Assembly: GCA_024704765.1 (NCBI GenBank)
Contig: JAKMXF010000354.1
Location: 47,690 to 111,689, forward strand
DNA length: 64,000 nucleotides
Direction of reading: 5' to 3'
DNA from: Oopsacas minuta
Taxonomy: Eukaryota; Animalia; Porifera
Made by a program: the position numbers and the translations under genes. The notes under the pieces were generated by a model. The model was not told the DNA's origin and made no database searches. It was given only the letters and a program-made list of their open reading frames with translations. This document shows, in pieces, positions 29,767 through 41,371 of the stretch (positions within the stretch are counted from its first letter, which is position 1; every line of letters starts with the position of its first letter).

Positions 29767-30771
29767 ATGAATATAACAAAACACGTAACAATTCTTGCAA
29801 ACTGTCAACAAGTCATGCTATGTAATAATGCTACTATTATAAGAAAGAGCAAGAGAGCTAGACAAGACAATGACTCAGATGATGAGTTATCTAATTATCC
29901 ATTTTTATCTAGAAAGTCTCCTCGGTTACTGATAAGCAACGAAGATATTAAAAATATATTTGTTGGTACATCAGGCTACTCCTATCCATCATGGCACAGA
30001 TCTGGCTCTTTCTACCCTAAGGGAACACGAGGCAAAGAGCTTGAGTTCTACATGGAACAGTTCAATTCTCTAGAACTTAACTACAGTTTCTATAGAATTC
30101 CTACTCAAAATAACTTAATTAAATGGAAAGAGAAAGCTGATGCTGTAAGGCCAAACTTCCTCTTCGCTATCAAAGTGTATAAATGGTTTACTCACATGAA
30201 ACAGTTAAATGTAGATGATGCCTTCAAAGAGAAGTGGGATGAGTTCTGGACTGTCTATAATGTGTTAGGAGATAATCTGGGTCCTCTCCTCTTCCAGTTC
30301 CCTTCTAATGTAAAGTATAATCCTGACACAAGTGTAGACAAGCTCCGCAACTTGTATGCTATCTTATCGCCACATGGCAAATATGCATTCGAGTTCAGAG
30401 ATAGCTCATGGTACTGTTCACAGGTGTATCAGCTGTTTAGAGAGTTTGACTGGTGCTTATGTAGGTTGAATTTGAATAATGAAACCGGTTGGGCTGGATC
30501 TCTTTCTACCGGAAATTGGCCACCTGATTACGTAGTACCGTACGTATACTCTTGTTCCTGGGGAGTATACCTCAGGTACCATGGAACCACCGGACAATAT
30601 GAAGGGTGTTATGGTCCCGAGTTTCTTGTTGGTTTAGTAAAGGAAATCGAGAATTACATTCGAGAAGGAAAGAAAATATTTATTTATTTTAATAACACTG
30701 ATGATGCTAAACCTTCTAGTGCTATACAAGATGCTAAATTCATTACTGATACTCTCCATTTGCAAATCTAA
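29767..30771 (+). CDS. DUF72 (YecE-like TIM-barrel) protein with basic/acidic N-terminal extension, intronless
   Basis: FVGTSGYSYPSW, FYP, FNSLELNYSFYRIP, FAIKV..FTH, LGPLLFQFP, AFEFRDSSW, YLRYHG, IFIYFNN - the DUF72 motif series. Confidence 0.9.
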   Translation: MNITKHVTILANCQQVMLCNNATIIRKSKRARQDNDSDDELSNYPFLSRKSPRLLISNEDIKNIFVGTSGYSYPSWHRSGSFYPKGTRGKELEFYMEQFNSLELNYSFYRIPTQNNLIKWKEKADAVRPNFLFAIKVYKWFTHMKQLNVDDAFKEKWDEFWTVYNVLGDNLGPLLFQFPSNVKYNPDTSVDKLRNLYAILSPHGKYAFEFRDSSWYCSQVYQLFREFDWCLCRLNLNNETGWAGSLSTGNWPPDYVVPYVYSCSWGVYLRYHGTTGQYEGCYGPEFLVGLVKEIENYIREGKKIFIYFNNTDDAKPSSAIQDAKFITDTLHLQI

Positions 30772-31206
30772 TTTATTCTTGTGTGATATATTCGCACACA
30801 CATTAGAGTAACTGATTTTACTGGAGGGAAAAATAAAAATTGTTTGAGATAACATGCATCGATGTAAGAGCTGTCAACCGTAGATATACCTACTTTATTG
30901 AATAGGGTGGTCGACATAATTCCCACTTTTTCGGACATCTGTTTACTGTCATATCCTGACGAACTAGGAATGTTACCTGTTTAAGATCGAGATTATCCAT
31001 AATTGTATTTTTTCAATTACGTAGTAATCCATTAAAGCGGTAAATCATACTACAATGTGTTAATTGATTCTTTTTATGAGAAGTACAGCAGATTTATGAA
31101 TTAGATTCTGACCTAATATATATTGTCTTGATTGAGGAATCTTAGTTCTTTCCAATAGTATTCTAATTAGAAGATTGAATAGATAAATTTGCTAGTTGGC
31201 AACCTG

Positions 31207-31320
31207 ATGGCTCTACAAGACTCAAGTAACAGGAAAGGTGGAGGAGACAAAGATGGAAAGAAGAAACCTACAATAGAAGATATATACCAGAAGATGACTT
31301 CGTGACCCGGTCCAAGCCTG
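31207..31320 (+). pseudogene. Short TOP2-like N-terminal fragment fused to a solo hAT right TIR
   Basis: MALQDSSNRKGGGDKDGKKKPTIEDIYQKMTS* resembles the topoisomerase II start (KK..+E.IYQK.T); it runs into TGACCCGGTCCAAGCCTG, identical to the TIR at 51994-52011. Confidence 0.5.
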
Positions 31321-31703
31321 GTGCATATACCACAATATTACTAATATTTAATAATGTAAAGTCGGATGTAAGGACAAATGAATGAAGATTGTGTTCCTGA
31401 CGGAAATTAGTGCCCCTACTACAAGGGGAGGGGGCACTCACACCGATTGAGAACCACTGGTATAGTGGGCCAATATTGAATTCACTGCCTTGTACATATA
31501 TTTTATCGGTGTCATTCCACAGCCAACATTTAAGAGAATCACTGTGATAAATATTGAATTAAATGTGTTGGATATTCGTCCGGTGTGTTTCTCCCTTTGC
31601 TATTCGATTGGACATTAAGTGCCACTATTTCGCAGCAACGATCTTTTGTTTGGGCTCTTTATTAATAGAAAGGTACACTAAATTTTCATCATTTAAAAGA
31701 TAC

Positions 31704-32196
31704 GGCTTTCGAGATAGCGGATATTGACTGTAGTACAATCATTTGCTTTGTTTTAGCAAACAAAATGCTTATATTTTTAAGAGAAAATTCTAGAAAGACT
31801 CAAGTCTTGATTGAACTCTAAGTCCAAATTAAGAAGATTCCAGATCTACTCAAGTTTCCAGGAAAGTTCAAATTCATTTTACTATTGATTCAATAAATTA
31901 AGAGGGTTTGTATAACGGGGAATGATCGTTCCGAACGATGAACACCACTTAGTGGTGTTCATCGTTCGGAACGATCATTCCCCGTTATACAAACCCTCTT
32001 AATTTATTGAATCAATAGTAAAATGAATTTGAACTTTCCTGGAAACTTGAGTAGATCTGGAATCTTCTTAATTTGGACTTAGAGTTCAATCAAGACTTGA
32101 GTCTTTCTAGAATTTTCTCTTAAAAATATAAGCATTTTGTTTGCTAAAACAAAGCAAATGATTGTACTACAGTCAATATCCGCTATCTCGAAAGCC
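31704..32196. repeat. Perfect palindrome, 246-bp arms, 1-nt spacer at 31950
   Basis: Position p pairs with 63900-p from 31704 to 31949; centre CACCACT-T-AGTGGTG. Confidence 0.92.
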
Positions 32197-33241
32197 CGTT
32201 AACTCGAACATTCGTTATCTCGAATTGAATTTGATTTCCTCTGAGGGTTCGAGATAACGGATGTTGACTTGATATTTGTACAAGAAGAGAAATTCCATTT
32301 ATTATCGCAAATGAAAGATTCTACTGGTGTGTAGTTCGCCGAGTTAAAGGGAGCTGTAACCTTAGACTGATTTCTAGTATTTACTAAGAAAATCTATACA
32401 CGATTGTCTTTGTACACAAATGTCGCACCAAAAATGTGCACTAAGCCGTACACTAATGTCTCTGTACACAAGTGTTTCTCTCCGGGTTACAACCTTAGTC
32501 TCAATTGGATGCTAGATATACAGATTATTAGGGTTCCTTCCTCTTCAATTGTATCTATCCGGTCTACTCGATTTAAGATTAAATATTGCACATAATTCTT
32601 CAATTTATAACTATCGACAAATTATCTTTAAAATCTGGATAATTATTATCAATCAAAAAGACATGAGTTTTTGCATGTTGAATAAGCGGTAAAATCTATC
32701 AATGAATGAGAACAAGAAATTCGCTCTAATTGCAGGAAGGTGTGAATATCAGATCGCACAATTTAGTCTAACAGGGTTGAGGGTCCAAATATAATGTTAC
32801 CATCAGGATTCATATATATATATAGCTTGAGTGACTTCAATTAAGTCCCTATTAGATTTTAAATAATTTGAGTCTTGATTATTATCAAATTTAGTATTAT
32901 TTCCCTGTGATTGAGGAGTACTTTTGCATTGTATGAGTTGTGAGTTGATAATACATTGATTTAGCAAAGGTCATGTAGAGAGTCACTTTGATTTTTACCT
33001 TCTCACTTTATATTTTTCTTGGAAATTGAAGGGGGAACCGCAACGACTAGCGCCGATTATATACGAACGAGCGGTCGTATAATCGGCATTTCGTGTTTAT
33101 GATTTAGCTAAGTATAAACGGCTTTTCTTATATTGCTTTTGGTCGCTACGCGACGGATATACTGAGCAGTGCTTGCCTCAAATTTAAAGTATACTTTAGA
33201 TATATCAGCTCTATATTCATGCTTTTCTCGATCACTAACAC

Positions 33242-34390
33242 ATGGGCTTATTAACTCTTATTTCTGGTTTCATGATCAGATATCCCGCTCCAAATCCTCC
33301 AACTACTTCAAATCTACAGGCACATGTACAAATGGATATAGAATCAAGACAACAAATCCCAAGTGATATTCCTGAGGAAATTCGAGATAAGTAAGTACAC
33401 CGAAATAATCGCTCAATTTTGGATATACATACCTATATTGTCAGTTACTACACGTGTACGTAGTATAAATGAATTTCGACGGTCTCTTGGTGTATGAATT
33501 AATTATCCCTTCATTTGTTATGCAGATATCTCTTCAAGTCTAAGCTGGGATCTGGTAGCTTCAGTGATGCATGGGAAGTAGAAGAAATATCTACAATGAG
33601 CAGATATTGCATGAAAATACTTTCCCTAAAGAACTGTGCCTCTCATTCTGACATAATTTCTGAATTCAAATACATGCAAGAGATTAGCTCTAAGAGCCCT
33701 CATGTTGTTAAAGCTTACGAATACTCAGTATTAGATGGTAAGGTATTCGTGTTAATGGAATTGTGCCCAGGCGGAACACTGTCAGAATGGATCGATCTCA
33801 ATCGTAGATTCAGACTAATATCAGAAAAACGTATTCTCCACAAACTTCGTGAGATATCTCTAGCTGTTATAAAGTGTCATGAATGCCACATAATTCATCG
33901 TGATTTGAAACCAGACAATATCTTCTTGGATAATACTCGCCAGATAAAACTTGGAGATTTCGGTATAGCTCGTCATTTAGAATCTTCTCTCTCTCAAACC
34001 TTTTGTGGAACTCCCCCTTACATGGCGCCAGAGCTCTATCTACTCTATCAACAGAAGCTGAAGCAGAAACCGATAGAAGGGTATGGATTCCAAGTGGATA
34101 TCTGGTCGTTAGGCTGTGTCTTGCTAGAAATGTCTTGCGAAGAAGGTAAATCTCTATCTACAATGGACAAGAGTCTTGGATCAGTTGCTCTAGATAATGT
34201 TATGGAACTAAATAACATTATAGATAATTGTGTCCCACCAGACTATACAACAGTAAAGAGACTCCTCACTCGTATGCTGGTACCCAACCCAGAAGATAGA
34301 ATATCATTACAGGATATAGTGATTGATGGAGAACTGCTGGAGAAGACAAGTACAGCTCCCCACATCAAATGGTACCATCTTATATCCTGA
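33242..34390 (+). CDS. NIMA/NEK-like Ser/Thr kinase, 2 exons (intron 33391-33525)
   Basis: LGSGSFS, YCMK, HRDLKPDNIFL, DFG, TFCGTPPYMAPE, DIWSLG; upstream exon splices in frame; start codon uncertain (33242 or 33332). Confidence 0.85.
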
Positions 34391-34615
34391 CAGAGGTTCA
34401 TCTTATCACTGAATATTCTATATCTGTTTGCATGAAGGAATATTTATGTTAAAATTTTATATTTTCCCTAATATTTACACGATAAAATCCCTGAATGATT
34501 CGTGTTCATAATAAGCGATCCTGACTGTAATACGTGTATAGATTATCTTTTAACTAATACAAAACTTACTTACCACTTCCCATCATGTGTAGCTCCTTTA
34601 TCACTCCTAATAGGG

Positions 34616-35158
34616 ATGAATGATACTTCCTATCAATTAGAACGCTTCACATCTAATATTCCTAACATCAAAGATTATTTGGAGTCTTCATACCTTGATA
34701 CGATAAAGGAGAAGGAGAGAGCAGTTGAGGCAATAAAATCTGCAAAGATGCGGCTATGTGTGTTGGAGAAGGAGCAGGAAATAGCTCAACAATTACAAAA
34801 GCAAATTGAACAAGTTAGACATCAACGCGAACAAATTCAAAACGATTTAGCAAATGTTACACAAAACTCAAAGCTAAATGAGTTACAACAGAATGTTGAC
34901 CTTTGGGAGAAGGTGAGTGGAGCTTGGGTCCGGGTAACTGACAAAAAAGAATTAAGAATACATTTCTCTCGGCTAAAAGAGGGAATTAGTAGAGATTGTT
35001 ACGTCACTGTTGATGCATGCAGTGGAGATGTTTGGGAAATCAAAGACTGTAATCCAACTATTCCTGGATTGCAGTTACTTCTGGATAAGTTGAATGAGAC
35101 GAAAGATTTAGGGAAATTTTGTAGAAGTGTTAGGGAAGGTTTTAAAGCAATTCTTTAG
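34616..35158 (+). CDS. SPC25: Kinetochore NDC80-complex subunit Spc25
   Basis: N-terminal coiled coil, then RWD-like C-term LRIHFSRL..WEIKDCNPTIPGL..LNETKDLGKFCRSVREGF. Confidence 0.75.
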   Translation: MNDTSYQLERFTSNIPNIKDYLESSYLDTIKEKERAVEAIKSAKMRLCVLEKEQEIAQQLQKQIEQVRHQREQIQNDLANVTQNSKLNELQQNVDLWEKVSGAWVRVTDKKELRIHFSRLKEGISRDCYVTVDACSGDVWEIKDCNPTIPGLQLLLDKLNETKDLGKFCRSVREGFKAIL

Positions 35159-35838
35159 TAACTCTCAATATCTGATTAATGGATTCATCACTTATGTAAA
35201 TCACTACTGTTTTAATCTAAGTTGGATAATACGCATTAATCGTATAATACGTTATACCTGATCTATTTGAATGTATTATACGTATAGGTTTACCTCGAAT
35301 TATAAGATTTTTACATTGTTATACTTGTATAATTCACATTATTATCAAGTATTATAGAATTTGGTTAACTATGTTGAGATTTCTCATTAACAATTCGAGA
35401 ACTACTGTTTTGAGGCAAATTATTAATCGCAGAAATTAGCCTAATAGATATTGCGTCACCAAAATTTGTGATTGAACGTATAATACATATTATAAATTCT
35501 TATTATACGTATTACATGGTTATTAAAACGTGTTAAACAACTTAGGGTTTAAGTTCATTTTTTTCGATTTGAATTGTATGAATAGTTATCCCTCTGATAT
35601 ACAAATTAGTGTCTAGCTCGTTTATAAATTTTTTATTTTCTGTCTTCTTATAGCTCCTTAATGTAATTTTTTGTTTGTGGTCGCTCCCATGGATATCGTT
35701 ATTCGAGATTTGGAACATTTTCCCTAATATTTCGCATTTGTTAAAACAATGGTTTTTATATAGAAATGGCCAGAAGTAGGTCAGATCCGTTTATTTCTAA
35801 ATACTCCTGTTGGTTCATTCCACTCGGTTGTATGCTAG

Positions 35839-38236
35839 TAGGGTTTGCAATCCCGGGATTCGGGAATGAGCTGATGCTGAAACCCGGAATTGTATATTAT
35901 GCATTAAATAATTTGCTTAAGTTAGTACATACTTTATGAAATTTATTTGAAAAGCTTTATTGAATAGATAAAATGATTAATACAATAATGAAGAAGAAAG
36001 AATGAAAAATAAATGAATTTAATAATATTAAGTGTATAATGAGTTATTGATAAGAATTAGTGAATATTTATTTAGGAGCGATTGTTTCTAATAAAACAAA
36101 GATTGTCCAGCATTATATCACCAAGTCTACTCCTGAATCTATTGCATAGGTATGCACATGAGGAAAATACACGTTCTGCCTCGACAGAGGTTGGAGAAAC
36201 TGTGAGTAGCATTTGGTAAATCATTTCCAAAAAATGCCCTCTCTTCCCTAGTCTGTTCAGCTATAGTGATTTCATATTTTAGGATAGATGACAGTGATTT
36301 CTTTGGATTCGCTATCTGTTGGCTGGGTACTCGTAGAGATACATCAATTGCTAGTTGGAGCTTCTTCGCTACTGGTAAATCACCTGGATCTGAACTTTGT
36401 GAATTAGACACATTTAATTGATTTTCCTCCAACAGTTTTTCTTCGTCCTCCGCTTTCCGCATTAGTCTTGAAAGCAAGTCATTGCAAAATGTAGTTATTA
36501 AACATCTTTTTGCTAGTTATGCTTGTGGATTGTGTAGGCATTGTAGGATTACAGATGCATCTGTATACCGCTCCTGTACCATGCGTTGATTAATAGCTTT
36601 TTGGATTGCTTCATTAAGGCTTGAATGGGAACTTAGTAACTCATCTAATAGAAACTTAATAGTTGCTTCTGCCGCAATCAAGTTTGCATCCCGTCTGCAT
36701 AGTGCCTCTAGTGCAGCTTTGATTGGGCCCAGAGAGTGGATTGTTCTTGAGATTTCTGTAATTTCATGATCGCTAAGATTTATCACTTCCTGAAGGTCCA
36801 ACAATGCTTTTTAACAGGGCAGCTTAATCTTGACTATTCGTTCAAACATATTCAATAATGAACTCCACCTAGTCTTACAATCGAGTATCAAATTTAGACC
36901 GTTTGGATAAATCTCCTTCACATAACGTTGTAATACGTAGATCATTTTTCAAAGGTGAGCGTTTAAAGAACTTGACAATTGTACCTATCTATTCGTTAAC
37001 TCAAGAATATCAAAGCCTAGATAATTCGTATTTCTTGAGCAACATCACCTACGTAGTACGATTAATCCATCAGTCTCATCATCTACATCCGCTATTACTA
37101 AATCACCTTCTTCATCAGTTTCATTCGCACTTGAATAATAGGAAAGTTCCCCTGTGTTATGGGAATTAGAATAGAAAACATCTTGAATTACAAGTTGAAG
37201 ACCATGTGCATAACATAATTGCTGGAATGGTTGTATTATACGTCCGACTTCTCTCATCATGTCACAACCGTCTGTTGTTATAGCTACAATATCAGATTCT
37301 AAATCCATTCCAAATTCATTGAGCTTCATTGATATCACTTCGGAACACTTTTCTGCCGAAATCTACCTCTTATCCTGACCAATCCAAAGTTCCAAAAGGA
37401 TTCTTTGCCGTGTATATTGATATTAATATATCTTCTGTTTTGTAAAGATGTCCATTCATCAAAAGTAAGAGTAAACTTTTCATTTTCGATTTACTAGTTC
37501 GCAAGCTTCTGACAACTTTTTGACGTAAATTATCAGCAAAATTCATAACTTGTGCTTTTATTCCATTGACAGAGTTCGGTAGAGAATGGTCAAGAGCACT
37601 AAGAGATTTCTTAGGTCGGACGAAGTTACAAAGATATTGAATGAAAGGCCATCATAAGCTGTCATTCTTGCTAGAATAGCTGAAAGACTAGAATCACTGA
37701 TGAAACGGTCAAGTTTTTCCGCTATATTAGGTTTGGAAATATGCTCTGAATTACTGCACGAGCTAGTCCGTTTTAGTACATCAATTTCATGGATAGTTTT
37801 CAAATGAACATGCAACCTTTTGTTGATCCGTCATCGCACTTGATCACTTTCTTGCAAATTTGGCATTCAGCAAGTTTGGAGCATTGTGAACGCTTGAAAT
37901 GCTGCCAAATCTCAGCGCCTTCAAATTGTCGAAAGATAATATTTTCTGCCATCATGTAACAAGTGACTGGTATTCAACAAAAATGTAGTTTTTTGACTCT
38001 GACATACAGGTATAGACTAATATATATATATATAGTGATATCATACTTGTAATTGAATATTTAACACTTGTACAACTATTGGTAAGGAATCATGTCTTGA
38101 TTTACAAGGGATTCGCATCGATGAAATGCGTGGAGTATTCATCAAAAATAAATTGATCCAAATTTCTAGGATTATATTGAATCCCGGGATTGAGGTTCCA
38201 ATCCCGGTGGAAAATGTACCGGGATTGCAAACCCTA
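35839..38236 (-). mobile_element. Full-length hAT DNA transposon with a disrupted transposase
   Basis: TIRs TAGGGTTTGCAATCCCGG at both ends, perfect 8-bp TSD TATGCTAG (35831-38, 38237-44); BED finger (IWQHF..CQICK..LHVHL..H), LTFDEWTS, AITTDG, CYAHGLQL; frameshifts. Confidence 0.95.
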
Positions 38237-38719
38237 TATGCTAGTAATTTCTATGATTCTCTTTTACAATCTAAGTATCTAAATCTAATATTAATTAATC
38301 ACAAAAATGACCTAATCATAGATATTCATAGAATATAGACCCAAACGATTACTAATAGAATCATAATGTGCAACCCGCGGGGTCCGTCCCCTTACCTACA
38401 AAATACTAGCGATTAAGGGACGGAATCGCCGTAACATTTTCAGTTTGAACGATCACAGGAAATTCTGGGACGCCCCTATACTCCCCAATTATTCGCTTAG
38501 ACTTTATATCACACATAGCACCTTGAGAAATGCCTATGTGATCAGGATCTCTTGTATAATTAATTATTGCATAATTACGTAATTCATATTCTATCCAAGC
38601 AAGTAAAATATATATTCTCCTTTAAAGAATTGTACATTAATCTTTTGATGGGAGAATTTGCCCCTTGAGTATTCCCTCAGTGTGGAAGTATTCGATTCAC
38701 ATCTATCTCAATTTAAAAG

Positions 38720-40941
38720 GGTTCTGTTCGTAAGAGAGAAATGTTGGCTATTATGGGTCCCAGTGGTAGCGGTAAGACTACACTGCTCAACACGCTTGCA
38801 GGGAATGCTAGCAATGTTTATGGATGGATTAACATAGAAGGACAGAAGGCAACCAAGCCACTACAGAAACGCATAGGTATGTTCACGTATCTTTTTCATG
38901 ATTCACAAATCTGAACTGATAAAATTTTGCCACGATTTTAGTGATATCTCACGAAAACACGACCAAGTCACTCTAAAGGCGTAGCTAGCATTGAGGAATA
39001 GGAGGCCCTCGTTTCACGCCTCCCCATAACTTTCTATTATGTTCCCCACCAAATTGAGGCAAAATTTCATCCCTGCCTCCGCTCTCTAGGATCTCTAGGT
39101 ACGCCACAGGATACCACCCATCATGTCGTGTGAATGTAACCGTCGAATTTATTATTCATATCCGGAGCCGAGCATATTCATGCTTGAGTGTACTGTGACT
39201 ACTGTCTTATTGTTAATGTTAGAAAATTGTATAATTATCACTTAATTAACTCTCCATAGGTTATGTTCTGCAAGAAGACAGCTTCTTGGCTAACCTCACA
39301 CTAAGAGAGACACTACTCTTCACGGCAGTATTAAAGATGGAAGGAAACATATCTTTAAGAGATAAGAAATCGCGAGTAGATGAAATCATCAGAGCTCTGG
39401 GGCTAGAAGCGTGCTGTAATACTATCATGGGAGGACCAGGCCAACGTGGATTAAGTGGGGGTGAGAAAAAGCGCGCGAATATCGCTTGTGAAATGCTTGC
39501 TGAACCAAGCATCCTATTACTTGATGAACCTACATCCGGTTTGGATAGCACGTACGCATTTAGCATGATAAAACGATTACGTAGTCTCTGTAATATGAAA
39601 GGTATTTCAATTGTAGCCTCAATACATCAGCCTAGCTCTGAACTTTTCAATTCTTTCGATTCCTTACTAGCTCTCAGTCTAGGTCATACTGTGTATAGCG
39701 GTCCTATTGATGGAGTAGTAGGGTATCTTGCTAAATTGGGTTTACCATGTCCTTCTTATTATAATCCAGCAGATCATCTCATGGACAAAAGTGTGGAAAA
39801 GGATAGTAGTAATAAACTCAGGAAATTATGGGATGAGAAACAGGACCTAGTAGGAAGTAAAATAAATGGTTTCTGTGATGGTCTAGATTCTAATCAGCCT
39901 GTTGAGCATTTATCAGCAACATATAAATTCAATCTATGTCAGCATACTCACTATCCTACCTCATGGTTTATACAGTTTGCTGCTATTCTCTGGAGAACTT
40001 TCAAAAATTCTAAAACACTTATCCTTAGCTCACAAATGATATTTTCTATGACAGCAATAGGGTTAGTAATTGGTGTTACATATTTTCAATTGCCACACGC
40101 TGAAGCAAATATTAATGACCGTTATGGCCTAATGTTCTTCATTATTATTCATGCTACATTCATTTCTGCTTTCAATAACTTGATTACGTTTGCGGCAGAG
40201 AGGAATGTTTTGAATAAAGATAGAGCCTCTGGTCTCTACCATATTTCAGCATACTATGCAGCCAAGAGTATTGCAGAGTTACCGATTCAATTCTTCCTGC
40301 CTTCTTTGTTCTTCAATATTTGTTATTGGTTATCTGGGGTAGCGTGGTTACCTGATGATTTAGGTTTGTATTTTGTATATTGGCTGGCGTTATTACTATT
40401 AGTAACCACTGGTAGTAGTGTAGGATCATTTTTCGGAGCTTATTTTGTTGATCCTGGCATTTCAATAATATACTTGCCAGTGTTAGTAGTAGCTTGGTTG
40501 ATGTTCGGTGGATTCTTTTCTAGAAATTTTCCCATTTGGTTATATTGGTTAACTTATCTGTCTCCGGCAAATTATGGTTTTGATGCTGCCTTACAAATAG
40601 TGTTCACAGAGAATATGATTATTCAATGTAGACCAAATAATTCTTTTTTCGTAGGCTGCAATAAAGGATTAATCACCAACGTAACTGGATTAGATGTACT
40701 TGCAAACGGTGATGTTACCATAGATTTTCCTCTCTGGGTAAACATATTAGTTTTGGTACTAACGATTGTATTCTTTCGTACAATAGCTTATCTGTCTATT
40801 CGTTTCCTTAACAGACCTCATAATTTTATAACTCGCACTAAACAGAAGATTACAAACTTTTACTGGAAGCAATATAATGCTTTGAAAGAGAATTTGAGTT
40901 ATTGTTGTAGTAGAAGACATATCTATCAAACTCAGGTTTGA
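38720..40941 (+). CDS. ABCG (White-family) half transporter; intron 38877-39259; N-terminus uncertain
   Basis: Walker A GPSGSGKTT, YVLQED, LSGGEKKR, LLLDEPTSGLD, SIHQP, NPAD, six-TM ABC2 membrane domain. Confidence 0.92.
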
Positions 40942-41371
40942 GTGATATTCTTCATCATTTAGTTTATTCATAGTTAGGGCTGGATTCCTAATCATAGCAG
41001 TTTTATCCTAGAATATATATTCAACCGATGATTATTTGTACTGTCTTTAGGACTGAATTATATATATCCTGAGGCCTGGGTCTGGGAGAAAGAATTATAT
41101 AATCCTCTCAGGTCAGGGTATAAACAATTCAGTCTGGTTCAACCGTTCAAACCTAAGAGGAGGGAAATTTAGGGAAATTTAGTGGCTGTTTAGATATCAA
41201 AGCTTTTGAATTAAGTGCGTCTCATTGTAATCTTAAAGGTTCTTGACGTAATTTATTTTCCATGACTTTGCATAAAATAATTTAATTTAGTATAGCGTAT
41301 AGCGTCTTTTAATTAAAGCTAGTAGCCTAGGCTCTTGGTTTACAATCCTACTAATTTATACAGTGTGTTAG

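Noticed and set aside
29767-30771. Bacterial contamination as the source of DUF72
   Set aside because: Contiguous with spliceosomal-intron genes and eukaryotic TEs, similar composition, no operon neighbours; still needs read confirmation.
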